Assembly: GCF_009914755.1 (NCBI RefSeq)
Contig: NC_060929.1
DNA length: 64,000 nt
Strand: one strand, 5' to 3'
From: the human T2T-CHM13v2.0 reference genome, Homo sapiens
Positions 13,790-27,751 of this stretch are shown here, in pieces. The first letter of the stretch is position 1. Every line of letters begins with the position of its first letter. The translations under genes were made by a program, and so were the position numbers. The notes under the pieces are model-generated. The model was not told the origin of the DNA. It made no database searches and saw nothing but the letters and a program-made list of their open reading frames with translations.

Positions 13790-14720
13790 TCATTCTTCCT
13801 TTCATGCATTTAACAAAAATGTGTTGACTTGCCTATGTGGCACTCATCAGAGATTTTGAGGTTAAGGACAGGAGCTGATGGCCTAGTGAGAGAAGCAGAC
13901 ATGAGAATAGGTATAACAGAGATTGATTATTGCTGAAATACTGGTGCACACAGATTGCTAAGGAAGCTCAGCAACAAGGCACCAAACTCAGCCCGGATGT
14001 GGGGAGAAGCAGGGAATCTTCTATCCAGGGGCAATGCCTATGCTGAGCCCTAGAGACATGCTCATGTTGTATGCAGAAGAAGTAGGCAAAGAAACCAGGA
14101 AAGGCAGCCATGGCCAAAGGCATAGAAATGAGAAAGCTGGTGTGTTAAAAACCGCAGAAAGCTCTTTCATATTGAACCAAAGAGCAACAGGAGGAGTACA
14201 TCAGAGGCCACATCATAAATGTGGCATGCTCTTGAGAATTTTATATTTAAAAATGGTGAACTATTGAAGAATTGAAAACATGATCAAATTTACACTACTG
14301 AAAGAATACTCTAATAGTGCATTGGAAGGACGGTAGACCTGTTCATAGGATGTTGCAAAGGTTCAGGGCAAGATGCTGTGGGCCTGATCCAAATTAGAGG
14401 CAATGGAGAGAGAGAGAGAGAAGGGGATAAATAATGGATACAGGGGCAGAATCCATGGGTCTTAGTTGTTCATCAAATGTCAGGGCTGAGGAAGAGGAAG
14501 GACTCTGGCCGACTCCAAGGCTTCCTTCTTAGGTGACTGTGTGGATAGTGTGTCCTTCACTAAGAGAGGGATCCCAGTCAGGGAGGCATTAGTTACCATG
14601 CTGACAGTTGTGAATAGTGAGGTTTGGGTGGAATGTGGAGGTATAGAAGACATCCATATGTATCTGGAACTCAGGAGGGAAGACTGGAGACTGAGACCTG
14701 ATCTTCCTCAGCACATGAAT
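13790..14720 (-). mobile_element. L2 LINE fragments
   Basis: Antisense L2 tail 'ttcatgcatttaacaaaaatgtgttga' followed by a purine-rich antisense L2 body. Confidence 0.6.
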
Positions 14721-15269
14721 TGAATGTGCAACCATGGCATATGTATGATGAGATAAAAGATCTATGCATTGTTGAAGAATGTGAATAGATGAGATCTATA
14801 GGAGATATAAAATGACATTACATAAAAGTGGCAAAGGCAGTTTCACGTAAAATACGTATACATAATTTTCATGTAAGCAAACAACTTTCCTTGCTTCAGG
14901 CCCAAGTTATACATACCTAACTTCTCACAGTGATATTAAGGATGACTTCATTTAGTCATGAGAGAAACTATTTTGAACAACAATTTAAAAAGAGCAAATG
15001 ATTATCTCTTGATTGTGAAATTCTAGGGGGAAAAATCCATTCAACGTACATGTACTAATGGGGTAGCGTCATATGTTCAGCAAGAATCAATTCAACCACA
15101 GTCTAGGAATTTTACAATAGGCTCTCTCTCCTCTGACAATGACATTCTCAAAACCTTATTCTTCTGTTCTTTCATTGTTGTAATAATACTGTACTAAGTC
15201 CTTTAGAGCTGTAATGCAATCTTATATCTACTCTTCAGCAAGACACCTTCACTAATCTGATGCTAAAGC

Positions 15270-15429
15270 CAGAGTGGGATTTACGGTGAAGCTGTTGACA
15301 CTTAACCTTGTGTTAATTTTGATTGTACAGTTTGCCAATAGTTGCAATGGAAGATTTTTTATATTGCTTTCTTAAAGATTTCCCTAAATTATATGAGCTG
15401 CAGGCTGTACACACCTGGATTTGCCCCTG
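15270..15429 (+). mobile_element. Arthur1/MER69A-like hAT non-autonomous DNA transposon
   Basis: Termini 'cagagtgggatttacggtgaagct' and 'acctggatttgcccctg' resemble both ends of MER69A. Confidence 0.6.
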
Positions 15430-15915
15430 AATAAGAACTACAGTTCAAATGTTACAGACAGCAGACTAATAAAATCAATTTGATATTTTTAATCCATTAA
15501 ATTAAATAAATAAATCAGAAAATTGGTTCTGACATCCAGGCCATCTGACATCAGGGGTCATGCCTTTTCTACTACAGCAGAGATTCTCCACCCTGGTGTC
15601 ATGTTTGAACCACCAAATGGGCATTTGGGGTTGAGAATCACTGAATCATACTCTCTGTTAACATTTCTTATTAAATGCAGAGTTAACAAATCCTTACATT
15701 CTCAAGGAAATTTTGCCAAATGGCAAAATAGTGGGACAAAGAGGTGGAGTTCTTTGCATTTATTTTTAAATAATCATTCACTGATGATTGAATTGTGCCA
15801 AATTCTGTGAACAGTTACTCATATAAAGATAAGTTGTTTTTCCTTTTCTAAAGAAATTTTAATAGCGCAAACAGACTATATTTGTTCTGCAATCAGTTAT
15901 TGATCATTTTTTTGA

Positions 15916-16244
<329 letters not shown>

Positions 16245-16490
16245 AACTCTCTGAATTTGAATCTACATATATGTGAATCAAATTATTTTTGTTCAAGTTT
16301 TATTCGTCGCCCTGGGAACCTTTGCTGTGAAGAATCAACCACCTCTATCGGCATCTTCACTCCATTACTATGTTGCCCCTTTCCCTACATCCTAGAAATG
16401 AAAGAGAGAAATATTTCCTCCATTAGTTTAGCTTTTTAAGTTGCTACTGCCTAATTTAAGCCTTAACATTCCTTATGAAGACTATTATTG

Positions 16491-16567
16491 TTGCGCTCAC
16501 ACCACTGCACTCCAGCCTGGGTGACAGAGTGAGACTCTGTCTCAATAAGAAAAAAAAAAAAAAAAAA
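16491..16567 (+). mobile_element. Severely 5'-truncated Alu (last ~55 nt plus poly(A))
   Basis: 'caccactgcactccagcctgggtgacagagtgagactctgtctc' plus an A-tail. Degenerate TSD aagactattattg / aaaacgatttttg. Confidence 0.85.
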
Positions 16568-16809
16568 CGATTTTTGCAAGCTAGCATTTCAACAATTAAA
16601 TTCTATCTCTGTTAAGGGCCAGGGAAGCAATATAAATTATATGTGAGAGAAATCATTTGACTACTTTCAAATTCCCTGGGATTCATTGGGCAAACCATCC
16701 ATCTTTGCTTTGTTGCTCTCTTTATCCGTTTATATAATATGGCATTTCTTACCTTCCAAATCTACTTTTTTTTCTCATTTTAGGCAACTCAGAAGAACCT
16801 ATTGTGTAG

Positions 16810-16940
16810 GGGACAGAGAAATGAGTGAAAGGCTTAGATTCTGGTCTCAGCTCAATAGCCGTGTAATATTGGCCAAGGTACTCAAATTCTCGAAAACTCA
16901 GTTTCTTCTGTAAAATTAGGATACAAATATGGATCCTGTG
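16810..16940 (+). mobile_element. MIR fragment
   Basis: 'ttggccaaggtactcaaattctc..ctcagtttcttctgtaaaattaggata'. Confidence 0.6.
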
Positions 16941-17504
16941 TAATGCACAGTTGGTCAATGACCAAATGTGATATTTCTACCATGTTTTATTTGACAGAAA
17001 GATATTTTACTCATGAGTGTCTTTGACCCCCAAGATCTTTAACTGAATACATGAAAACTTGGGAAGCTGTATCATAAAGTGTATTCCAAATAAACAATTT
17101 AGCCAACTAAGTCTTTCACCCGAGTGTGGTAAACCATAAGAGACTTGATGCATTCTTCATGAATTGCAAATGACTGCAGACATTCAATATTTTCTTTCAT
17201 TTCGAAAATATCCCCCTGGAAGACACTTTGCTATAATTTGAGAATATGATGTTTCTGAAGCATTTAGAATCTGATTGACATTGAACAATTTCAAGGGCCA
17301 TTATTGATTACAAAATACGTGTATATGTAAAATGATTTCTTGTATAGCATTATTTCTCAACGTTACTTCAGTCAGTATAAGCTCCCCAAACATGTAATGA
17401 TAAAAATAACAGCAACAGCTAAATGTGTATTTAAATATGAGAGCAAAGACTGATATTCATTTTGAGTCATTGAACTGAACAGGATACACAGATATTGTCT
17501 GGTA

Positions 17505-17640
17505 GACTAAAGCCTTCATTTTACAGATAATGAAACAGAAAGTATGTGGCTTTGTCAATAAGCTGTTTTGTTGCAGAGTTGGGACTAGAACCTAAGTTCC
17601 CTAAATCAAAATCTAGGGTTCTTTTAACTACACACTGACA
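17505..17640 (-). mobile_element. MIR fragment
   Basis: 'cattttacagataatgaaacaga...gcagagttgggactagaaccta'. Confidence 0.65.
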
Positions 17641-18519
17641 TGAATATATTCACTCAATTTTTCATACTAAAATAGTCAGTACTAAAAATTGCAGAGGGTG
17701 GGGGTTTAGAATGTAAGATTGTAAAGTATTTAGATTTCTATCAAAACTTTAACAAAGTTTTCCATGTTATAGTTTGATACCATATAAAAGATGCTCAGTT
17801 TGCATAATAGCTGAGTTCTTTGTTCAGCTGGATTTTTAGACTTTTAGGGCCTGGTTAAAATGTATTTAATTTGGTTGCTCACTCATATTTGCAGTACTAA
17901 TCTTAAGTTGAGATTTCATTATAGAAAGCATTATACTAAATTAATCTCATTGAGTTCATTTCATTATTCTTATGCAGCAAATTTCAAAAAGTTAGCTTAA
18001 AGGAGTCAAACAAACAACAATTTTATATAAACTCTTAAGTGGTAGATCGAACCACTTTTAAAATCCACTAAATGTTCTTATGAGGCAAACATTTTCCATA
18101 ATTTAGACCAGGCAGTTAGGTGTATACTGTCAAAGTAATGATGACCAAGATGCTATCATCATTAAATATCGTCAGTTCTTCAAAATTATGTGTAGGGTGT
18201 TCTGGACACATTTAATCTGGACAAAATATAAGGCCAGGGAAATACCTAGAAAATGTAGTGAAGATAGTGTTGGCTTTGCCATTAGAGTGAGGGAAGAGGC
18301 ATGACATGCTCTGGTCTTATGCTACAGCTGTTCCCAAATTCTTATATAACAGTTGCAAATAGGAATGCTTTCCTCATAAATGTTTTAAGTCCAAGGTTAT
18401 GACCCTTTCTTTAAGAAGTAGACTTCATTCCAGTTGCTTGCCTTTAAGAGAGGATTGTAGTAGGTGGATAAATACTTAAACATCAAAATAGAAAATTTTT
18501 TCCTGATCCCAACTATCAC

Positions 18520-18630
18520 CATAGAAAGAGGGCCTGAGTAGGCTGTCATCCTGGTTCTACTGCTAACTAATATTGGAAAATTCTCTTAACCTCCCTGGGA
18601 CTTAGTTTCCTCCTGTGTAAAATGTTGATC
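18520..18630 (+). mobile_element. MIR fragment
   Basis: 'cttaacctccctgggacttagtttcctcctgtgtaaaatg'. Confidence 0.65.
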
Positions 18631-19384
18631 CTTATTCTATGCCAGCTTCAAATTCTCCCAAATGTCCAAATCCTTTGTGCAAAGCAGGCTGCTAATTCTT
18701 CACCAAAGGCTGAGATGACTTCAGAAGTCAATAGTTCATTTTATTGAATTCGGTGCCACAACCTTTTCTCAGTTACTGAACGAATAAATAAGTGAAGAAA
18801 TGAATCAAGGGCAAATAACGACACTTATGTGGGAGACAAGAAATGAAGAGCCTGATATGTATTCATTCATTGCTAGAATGACTTCTAACCTACATTACCA
18901 TAAGACTTCTCAGATATATCAATAGAGTGAAGTAACAGCATGTTTTCTAGGGAAAGTAGAATCTTCCCATTTGAGGTGAATTATTTTTGTGGGGTATATT
19001 GCTCACTGCTCTCTTTCTGTTTTATATTTACATGGAAAGAGAAAGCTATACTTTCATATCCACTTTACTAGGAAAACAAAATTTATGAATTCTGAAAAGT
19101 GTGAAGGGAGGAATTTAACTTTTACCAGTAGGATCCGTCTAGTGAAAGTTCCCATTCCATTCAGTTTTCAGAGAAAAATCATCCATTTCAATCACTGTAA
19201 TATAGTCTAGAAAGCACAGGATCAGGAAATGAGAAAACCTGGATTTGTGCCCCCTGAAAAAAAGAGATGATCTTTTTGTTGTTTTGCTGTGCATTCCTAG
19301 AGCTTAGCTCCGTGCATGGCATATAGCGGGTGCTCAAAAATAAGGACTTGCTTCTACTGCTGGCTCTGCTGCCTCCCAGAAAAG

Positions 19385-19880
19385 TGTCCTAGCCCAGGTT
19401 TTCTTGGAAACAAAAGTTGAGGCAGAGCTGTGTGCTAAGGCTTCCTTGAGAGGCACAATCCCAAAGCATCAGGAATTGGGGAGAAAGGGTAGAAAGCAAA
19501 TTGAAGGTGGTGTGCTCCTGAGAGAGCCAGAGCATCCAAGAAAGACACAGCTGGTTCTCAGCACAGGATGCTCCCTAGACGCACCATGGAGAAGCCCTGA
19601 GCCTCAGAACCACCCATCAGGGGCGAGGAATCCGCTTGCCAGTTCTTACCTATATCTCTTCTCTCAATCCACCCCATGGGCTGTGGCTCCCACTATCCCT
19701 TTAGGAGGCAGTGGCCTCTCAGTGCAATGGAGCTTCCCAACAGCTTCCCAGCAAGGCCAGGGAACACCACTTAAGTGGTGTTAGGAAGCCCGATTGCATT
19801 GCCTACAGCACAGTGTCTTGCAGGAGCCTAGAGGTGGTTGAAGGATGTGGAACTTACTGCTAAGCCAGGTTGAGCATCAC
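19385..19880 (-). mobile_element. Possible old ERVL LTR (LTR16/LTR33-like)
   Basis: Start 'tgtcctagcccaggttttcttggaaacaaaagttgaggcagag' resembles antisense ends of LTR16/33. Highly diverged. Confidence 0.35.
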
Positions 19881-20414
19881 AAAGGAGCAGCTCTTCCCTC
19901 AGAGGCATGATGGAGGCCATGCCAAAGACCAGCACCCCCTGCCCCTCCAGGCTCACAGGGGAGCGGTCTCTCCACTGAGTGAGATGTCACATCCCTGGAC
20001 GCAGGCAAGGCTAGGTGAATCTGCACAGGTGATAAACTGGGTCAGGGACAGTGTGGTATTTTAGAAAATCATTTGACCCAAGTCCCAGTTTCTTCAGCTG
20101 TAAAATGGTAATTACCTGGAGATAAAATGAGAAGCATAACTTTAATTTTCTCATCCCTCTTCTACCTCTCTTGCATCTACCCAGTAAAACTCTTATGCAG
20201 GAAGGATGCACCTGCCCACCTTCCTCTTCTGTGCCTCCAGTTCTTACTTTAAAAAAAAGAAAACCCCACAGCCATATTGGTGTCACCAAGCTCAAGTCAG
20301 CAGTTACCATTCTCAATCTTGGTGCACTTCCCGCTGAGCTTCCTCTCTGTCTGGGCCTCTCCTCACCTTCCCCTGCCCCTCTACCTGTAGCACACAGCCT
20401 TAGCCAGCAACAGC

Positions 20415-20600
20415 AGCAGGTTTTGTAAGTCCTGGAGGTTAGACGATATGGAGAGTCCCCTTTAAGAAAAAATTTACAAGTATAAAATTTGGTACAAAAG
20501 TGAATATGCACTTAGAATGAGCAAACAAAACACCAAATACTAGAGTCTTGGCAATCCAGGGCCTTTCTTCTGAGATATCTTTGGGCAATTTACTAGAAAC
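20415..20600 (-). mobile_element. Arthur1/MER53-like hAT fragment
   Basis: 'caggttttgtaagtcctggaggtta..tcccctttaagaaaaaa..tacaaaagtgaatat' resembles the antisense of the terminus at 15370-15429. Confidence 0.45.
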
Positions 20601-20650
20601 GTTTATGGACTACAACCTGGTGTTTCTTCCTAACCTAGAATACCCAATAG

Positions 20651-20822
20651 CAGTGCTTCTCAAACCTTAAAATACATATGAATATCAGGTAACTTATTAA
20701 AACGTAGATCCTGATTTAGTTGGTCTGAGAGGCACCTGAGATTGTACATATTTGATAACACCCAGGGCAAGCCTGGGTGATGCTGGCGTTGCCCAGCCAC
20801 AATCCACACTTCAATAGCAAAG
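20651..20822. mobile_element. MER5A (hAT-Charlie) MITE
   Basis: 'cagtgcttctcaaac' ... 'ggtgatgctg..ccacacttcaatagca'. Confidence 0.75.
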
Positions 20823-21132
20823 CTCTCGACTCCTGGCACTCTCTGGGGCAGGTGCAAGTGAGCAATGGTGAGGCTTAACCTCATTAGCTTCACTGCCTTC
20901 AGGCATAATACCACTCTCCCCCATGCCAGGCAAAGGGACAATTCCAAATGTTATAGGTGTGGAGAAAGGGAATAACTGCAGTAACTGGATAACAGATCCT
21001 TTTCCAATTATTACTTTTGCCACAACTAAAGGAGAACCTCATTCTTTTGTCAATCAATGGTCACTTAATGATTCTTTATAATATACACTCTGATTTGTGC
21101 CATATACTCAAAGGCGTTTAAAGAATTGAATG

Positions 21133-21435
21133 GGCTGGATGAGGTGGCTCATGCCTAAAATCTCAGTGCTTTAGGAGGCCATGGGGGAAGGACTGCTTGA
21201 GCCCAGAAGTTTGAGACCAGCCTGAGCAACATAGTGAGATTTTGTCTCTACAGAAATAAAAATTAAAAAAATTAGCCAGCTATGGTGGCATGTGCCTATA
21301 GTTCCAGCTACTCAGGAGGCTGAGGTGGGAGGATCTCTTGAGCCTGGGAGTTCCAGGCTGCAATGAGCTATGATCAGGCCACCTCAAGCCTGGGTGACTA
21401 AGACTCTGTCTCTAAAAAAGTATTTTAAAAAATTT
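21133..21435 (+). mobile_element. AluJ (Jo/Jr-like)
   Basis: J-type text 'gactgcttgagccca', 'aacatagtgaga', 'ggctgcaatgagctatgat'. Partial TSD ttgaatgg. Confidence 0.9.
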
Positions 21436-21510
21436 TTTGAATGGCGTTACTAGAAGTCCTCCTGTTCTTATCTACTTATTTGTGTGGAAAAGTTTCTCAG
21501 ACAACATTTT

Positions 21511-21771
21511 TAAAAATTTTTTTCAACTTTTATTTTAAGTCTGGGGGTACGTGTACAGGATGTACAGGTTTGTTACATAGGTAAATGTGTGCCATAGTGG
21601 TTTGCTACACAGATCATCCCATCACCTAGGTATTAAGCCCAGAATCCATTAGCTATTCTTCCTGATGATCTCCCTCTCCCATCCCACCCTCCAACAGGCC
21701 CCAGTGTGTGTTTTTCTCTGCCGTATGTCCATGTGCTCTCATTATTCAGTTCCCACTTATAAGTGAGAACA
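21511..21771 (-). mobile_element. L1PA (about PA10-13) 3'UTR-only insertion
   Basis: Antisense L1 3' end. TSD tcagacaacat (21497-21507) / tcagacagcat (21772-21782). Confidence 0.9.
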
Positions 21772-22639
21772 TCAGACAGCATATTAACAAAAAGTAGGAA
21801 AACATTGATACAAAACTGTCTCATCCTTGCAAAAAATAATATTGATCCTTGAATACTTAAACTACTTTAAAAACTCTATCTCATTAACAGATGTATTTCC
21901 AATAACTTTAATATGTTTAATAATTATTTATCATTTTATAATGCACTATATTGTTTTGACCAATTGAATGCAAATATTAATAATAACAAATCCAGTCCAG
22001 AAAAAAATACTGAGTACTTAAAATTTATGGTCAGAAGACTTTTTAAAATTTAATTTTAATTTCTATATTTCATTGCATAGATTGCTCAAAAAAAAAGATT
22101 TCCAAACATAGACACATATTACAATGAAATTCTATAGAAGAAATCAGATGAAAATAAGATTACAAGGAGAAAAAATGGCATAGAATTTCCAACTGTTTAA
22201 GAACTTGTTCATGAATATTTTAAGTGAATTATTGGATATCAGATGGTGATTTTTTTATTGATTCCACTAGGTATAGTTTAAAGAAGCATATAATAGTTTT
22301 ATCTGAAAGTTTCAGTGGTTATAATATGCCAAAATGAATAAATTTCGAAATTACTTAAAGTTATGATGCAAAAAGTTATCAACTTACAACTGTGTTGGGA
22401 CACACAGCTCCCAGGTCTTCTTAGAGCTGATGTGAGCACACAAAGTTTGGGGACCTCTGCTCTACAGAGACAGCCTCCACTTGCTCACCTGTCTTTGTTC
22501 ACTGTTCCACTCACTCCGTCCTGGCTCAGCCTTATCTTCAGCGAAGCCACTCTTGCTCAAGCCCCTAATGCTCAGCGTAATATTACTCTAATGGGCATTT
22601 GCCTTCCTTGTCTTGCTGGATTTGAAGCCGGAAGCAACT

Positions 22640-23040
22640 TTACTGGCTTCCTAGGGCTGCTGCAACCACACACTGAGTGGCTTAAAACCACAGAAATGCA
22701 CTCTTACAAATATGAGGCTCTGGGTGGAATCCTTCATGCCTCGTCCTAGTTCATGATGGTGGCTATCCAAATTCGGCATTCCTTGGCTTGCAGTTACATT
22801 GCTCCAGTCCCTGCCTTTAATGTCACATAACATTCTCCCTGTGTCTGTGTTTTCATGTGCATTGTCCTCTTCTTATAAGGATGCCTGTCATATTGGATTA
22901 AGGGCCCACCCTTCCAGTATGACCTCATCTTAACTAATCACATTGGCAACAACCTTATGTCCAAATAAGCTCATAGTCCAAGGTACCAGGAGTTAGGATT
23001 TCAACATAACATTTGGGAGAACACAATTCAACCCATAACA
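22640..23040 (-). mobile_element. MLT1B/C MaLR solo LTR
   Basis: 'ctagggctgc', 'cttcttataaggatgcctgtcatattggattaagggcccaccc', ending 'acacaattcaacccataaca'. Confidence 0.88.
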
Positions 23041-23059
23041 GTGACTGAGTTTCAGTTTT

Positions 23060-23620
23060 CTTTGATAAACCCTCAAAACCCACTCTCTTCTCTAGGTTCT
23101 CTTCCTACCTCAATAGGTTCTTGCTTTCTCTCTCCTGTGTTGACTGTTCCTCCTTGACCTGATTTCCCAGTATTGGAGCACCAAGGTCTCCATTCTGAGC
23201 ACACATCTCACTCTGCAGTCCCTCCTTGTTGAGGTCAACTAGGCCCAAAACATTTCCAGTCAGTCTGCCAATTATCCCTTATTCTGCCATCTCCTTTCAA
23301 GCCCCAGACCCAAATTTCCAACTGTCTACTTAAAATAACCTCTTGATTGTTTCATAGACATCTTTAACCTGCTGCTTCCCAAATTCCACCCTTCACCCCC
23401 TCTCCATCTGCTCTCCCTCCAGTTCTATCTCAGTAACTGACACCCACATACCCCAGTCACTCATGCCAGTAACCTGACAATCATCCTGGATATATCTTGA
23501 ATCCACAGAGAATTCTCAGTTTCCCTTGCCAATACCCTAATCTAAGCTACCACCATCACTGTCTTGAAAACATTGCACTTTGGGTAAAATCCAAAGTCTA
23601 TACAAGGACTTTGAGGCCCA
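23060..23620 (+). mobile_element. L2 fragments
   Basis: C/T-rich L2-like text such as 'ccccagacccaaatttccaactgtctact'. Confidence 0.55.
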
Positions 23621-24179
23621 CGTGTCATTCTTTGACAGGCCTACCCAAGAATTAATTATTTAGGGAAATGCCCCTGTGTGAGACTTCACTGTTCACTATT
23701 TGATTAAAGGATAGACATTATGAAGTTAGAATTTTATTTGTAGATTTCAGTCCAGTAGAAAACATAACTCCAGTTATTATACTTGTATTGTCTTATAGGA
23801 CACTAACCAATTTTGTGTCTTTTAGGAAATAATTTCTACATTCTTTTGACTTTCTGATTATATAAATCTTTGTTCCATGAATCCTTCTTTGAGTTAGCCT
23901 TATGATCCTGCTGGTAGTCTCATTCATGAACAAAATTGCAATTTTTGATGTGTGCTTATTCTATATTTGAAGGAAAATAATGTTTTTGACTTTTCAAAGA
24001 AAATAAAATTTGCTTTGGAGATAGTTCAAGCTGCCCAGGTGGAATCCCATGCCAGAGCCAATTAAACTGTGTTGTCCAAAAAGTGTTCCCTCGGGCTTGT
24101 CCTCTCTAGGACCCAGAGTGACTCTCAAGCAATGCTAGAACCTTACTTTTGCTGTTTCTTCTCTCTCTCTCTTTTTTTT

Positions 24180-24496
24180 TCTGCTTTTTGTTTGTTTGTT
24201 TGTTTTTTGAGACTCAGTCTTGCTCTGTGGCCCAGGCTGGAATGCAGTGGCACAATCTCAGCTCACTCACTGCAACCTCCACCTCCTGGGTTCAAGCGAT
24301 TCGCCTGCCTCACCTTCCCAAATAGCTGGGATTACAAGCATGCACCACCACACCAGCTAATTTTTTTTGTATTTGTGGTAGATATGGGGTTTCACCATGT
24401 TGGCCAGGCTGGTCTCGAACTCCTGAGTTCAGGTGATCTGCCCACCTCGGCCTCCCAAACTGCTAGGATTACAGGTGTGAGCCACCATGCATGGCC
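24180..24496 (-). mobile_element. Alu (AluSx/Sz-like)
   Basis: Full antisense Alu with a (TTTG)n-derived tail. 'tctctctctctcttttt' on both flanks (TSD). Confidence 0.93.
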
Positions 24497-25239
24497 TCTC
24501 TCTCTCTCTTTTTTAACCTGATGCTGTCTGTATACTTCCTTTTGTTTCCAGTTCTTGGCCAAATTTGGTTCTGTTTCTGGTTTGTGCAGAAAGCTGCAAG
24601 CCTTCACTGTGTCTATGTGGCTGTGTGTTTGCACATAGCTGATAAATTACTCCCTTTAGGAGAATAAATATTGGGAATCCAGTTTGAGGTTTGACCATTT
24701 GATGAGCTGTAGCTGGTGAAAGATGACAGAGTTTCCAGTTCATTGGTCTTTTCTGTTTTCTTATCTATATATATCTCAAATCCAGAAAAAAAATTGCTCT
24801 GTGAGACCCAGACAGGTGAGTCTTCACATTTCTGTGCTCACCCTGACCTGTGAGCCCTTTGGTTTTATGACCGCAGCCACAAGCTCTTTGGATACCGGGG
24901 TGTCTGTAACTGAGAAAGACCTTCACCTCTTCTTAAATACCCTCCTACTTCCAGAGGTTATTATTAAATTAGATTGTAACACCTCTTAAATTAAAGGACT
25001 TCTGATTGGTTTATAAAAATAGGTACTTACATAAATTAGTTATTTGCTACAATTCCCAAAAAATAAAGAGATTGAGTTTCTAATATTTTGATTACTTAAC
25101 TATTGAAAGTAAAAGAAATAACTCATGTCAGAAACTGCTGACTTAGAAGCTATTCTGAAACAAGAATCCAGGTTAACATATTTAAGGTGAACATTTGGAC
25201 AAGCCAGACTGATGTAATAATTTTGGTTTGAAAAAACAA

Positions 25240-25528
25240 AGAAGGATACAAAATTTCAGTTCCTTGGTCTAGGTAATAGAAATAAGTTCAGGAGATCTAC
25301 TGTACAACTTGGTGACTATACCAATAACAATGTATTGTATCCTTGAAAATCACCAGGAGAGTAGATTTTTAAGTGTTCTCACTACAAAAAAAATTAAGTA
25401 TATGAGATAATAGATATGTTAATTAGCTTGATTTAACTATGCCACAATATACACATATTTCAAAACCTCATGTTGTACATGATAAATACATACAATTTTT
25501 GTCCATTTAAAACATTAATTTTAAAAAT
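25240..25528 (+). mobile_element. L1MA 3'UTR fragment
   Basis: 'aataagttcaggagatctactgtacaac..ggtgactata..aataacaatgtattgtatccttgaaaat..gagtagatt'. Confidence 0.8.
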
Positions 25529-26520
25529 AGCAACTCTATATCTTTTCTTTGGGGTTATCAGTGTGACATGTAATTCAAGTATATGTTTTATTTTATTTGG
25601 TTTTGTTTTCTCATGCAGAGACTAATCTTATTTTCTAAACTATTAATATTAGTCTACTGATTACATAGCTAACATTACTTCTACATAATACTTAAGATGT
25701 GAAAAAACAAAATCATGTGTTCAAATAAATTTAAACAAAATTCTAACAAACATCCTTATAGCAGTAATAGTATTTTGTACTATGTCAGCTTGAACCTAAT
25801 TTCCAAGGTCCCTAGATAGATTTACACCTTAGACTACAATGAAACTGAGTTAATTAATGGAGAGCCTCTGTGTGTATATAAATGCTTTTACTGTTTATTT
25901 TATTTATATATGTGTGAGTCAGGAGATATAGAGAGGGAGACCGGGACAGTCAAGATATCCAGGGATCTCTTTAGGGCAGAAGAAGCAAAAAAACTTCATG
26001 AAAGCAAATTACTGATCCAAGATTCTAGAGAATAAGAATTGATTACAAAGGACTGAATGAATTCATGAGTAAATAGGGTTAGTATTGATTTTAGTGTTTT
26101 GGTTTTTTCATGGATATATAATAGGATCTGATCTATTTCTTCTTATGCTGTCCAAGTTCAGGAAAAAACAATTGTTCTGCTAAGACTCTCCCTCCCCACT
26201 ACCAATTTTCTTCCTATCTCTAAAAGATCCCCTGTTTCCCGCCTTGCCTATTCATAATGCCAACGGCCAATAGGTATTGACCAAGTCACAGCCAAGCTTG
26301 AAGAGAACCCAAGCGTGGGAAATTCCACTGTTGAGGCTCTGATCCTCGTGCTGATGTCTGTTAAGGAAAATTGTCTAAAACTTTGCTGATTCCTAGAAGC
26401 ATTGACCTTAACCTTCTACTCTGCCTATAATCAATCATTCACTGCATTTTTGTTCTGCTTGATGTCAGTGGATTCTTTTGAACCAATAATGTCTCAACAT
26501 AAATTGTTAAACTCTAATTC

Positions 26521-26841
<321 letters not shown>

Positions 26842-27439
26842 TAATACTTTTCTCTGTTTCCATTATCTTGGTTGATTTTTGGGGGGAATTGAAGATTTAG
26901 AATAACATTTCCAAGAAATGTTGTTGAGGAATTCCCACATGAAAATACTACTTTCAATGTCACATATAATTGGCTCATAAAAAGATTATTTAATTATCTC
27001 TGGGGAGTGCCTACATTTGACTTTACTCTTTACTATTAATTAAGGGCTTAGGCTCTGTGAAATTACATGTGTACTTGTTGACTTTATTCTGGTAGAAAAG
27101 ATCATCCTCAAGGTTATGACTTTGCTGCCCTGTAGGACATTAACCAGTTTTGTATCTAACCTACTCATTACATTCTAACATTCTTTTCTCAGAGTGCCTA
27201 TAAAACCCAATTCTTCAAAATACTCTTTGGACCACCTTATTCATCTGAGTACATCTGAGTGGTTCCCTCATTAATGTGTTAATAAACCTCTGATTCATGC
27301 TATTCTATATTTGCATGAGAATCCTGAATTTTTTTAATTTTTGAAAATTATGCATAAATACCATCATTTGGAAGTACTTTGTATTATTCCTATTAATTAC
27401 ATAACACCCACTTCATTCATAATTTTCTGTGCCACACAT

Positions 27440-27560
27440 TTTGTTAAACTATCAGCTCTTGAAGGGCAGGGCCCCAGAAAAATTCTCCTTTGTATTCTCT
27501 AGAGACTCTATACAGTGCCTTGCAAAAGGTAGATACCCAATAAATAAACAAATAAAAATG
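27440..27560 (+). mobile_element. L2 3' end fragment
   Basis: 'agctcttgaagggcaggg...acagtgccttgcaaaaggtagatacccaataaata'. Confidence 0.65.
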
Positions 27561-27751
27561 TGACAGGAAGTGTGAAGGAAAAACTGCTTCTTTTTTGTAG
27601 ATAGTATATTAAGAAGTAGTTTTAGTTGGCAAAATTATTTTAGAATATTTCTTCAAAAACAGATTTCATCTTCATATTTTACTAGGAACAACACTTCAGA
27701 AGCCTTCAATGAGCATGTTAGCTTTGTTATATTCTTTTAATTTAAAAAAGT

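Larger units (their letters stand above)
21030..22400. mobile_element. Probable hAT-Charlie DNA transposon fossil, host of an AluJ and an L1PA
   Basis: AT-rich text ('tctcattaacagatgtatttccaataa..atgtttaataattatttatc') that resembles Charlie-type elements and is continuous across both insertions. Subfamily uncertain. Confidence 0.4.

Noticed and set aside
20011-20511. 166-aa ORF, the longest in the track
   Set aside because: No recognisable domain, partly overlaps a hAT fragment, and has no splice or codon support.
24069-24521. 150-aa ORF, and similar ORFs at 26535-26844, 43307-43717 and 60761-60995
   Set aside because: These are Alu translations ('PRLECSG..', 'FKRFSCLS..'), a well-known artefact.
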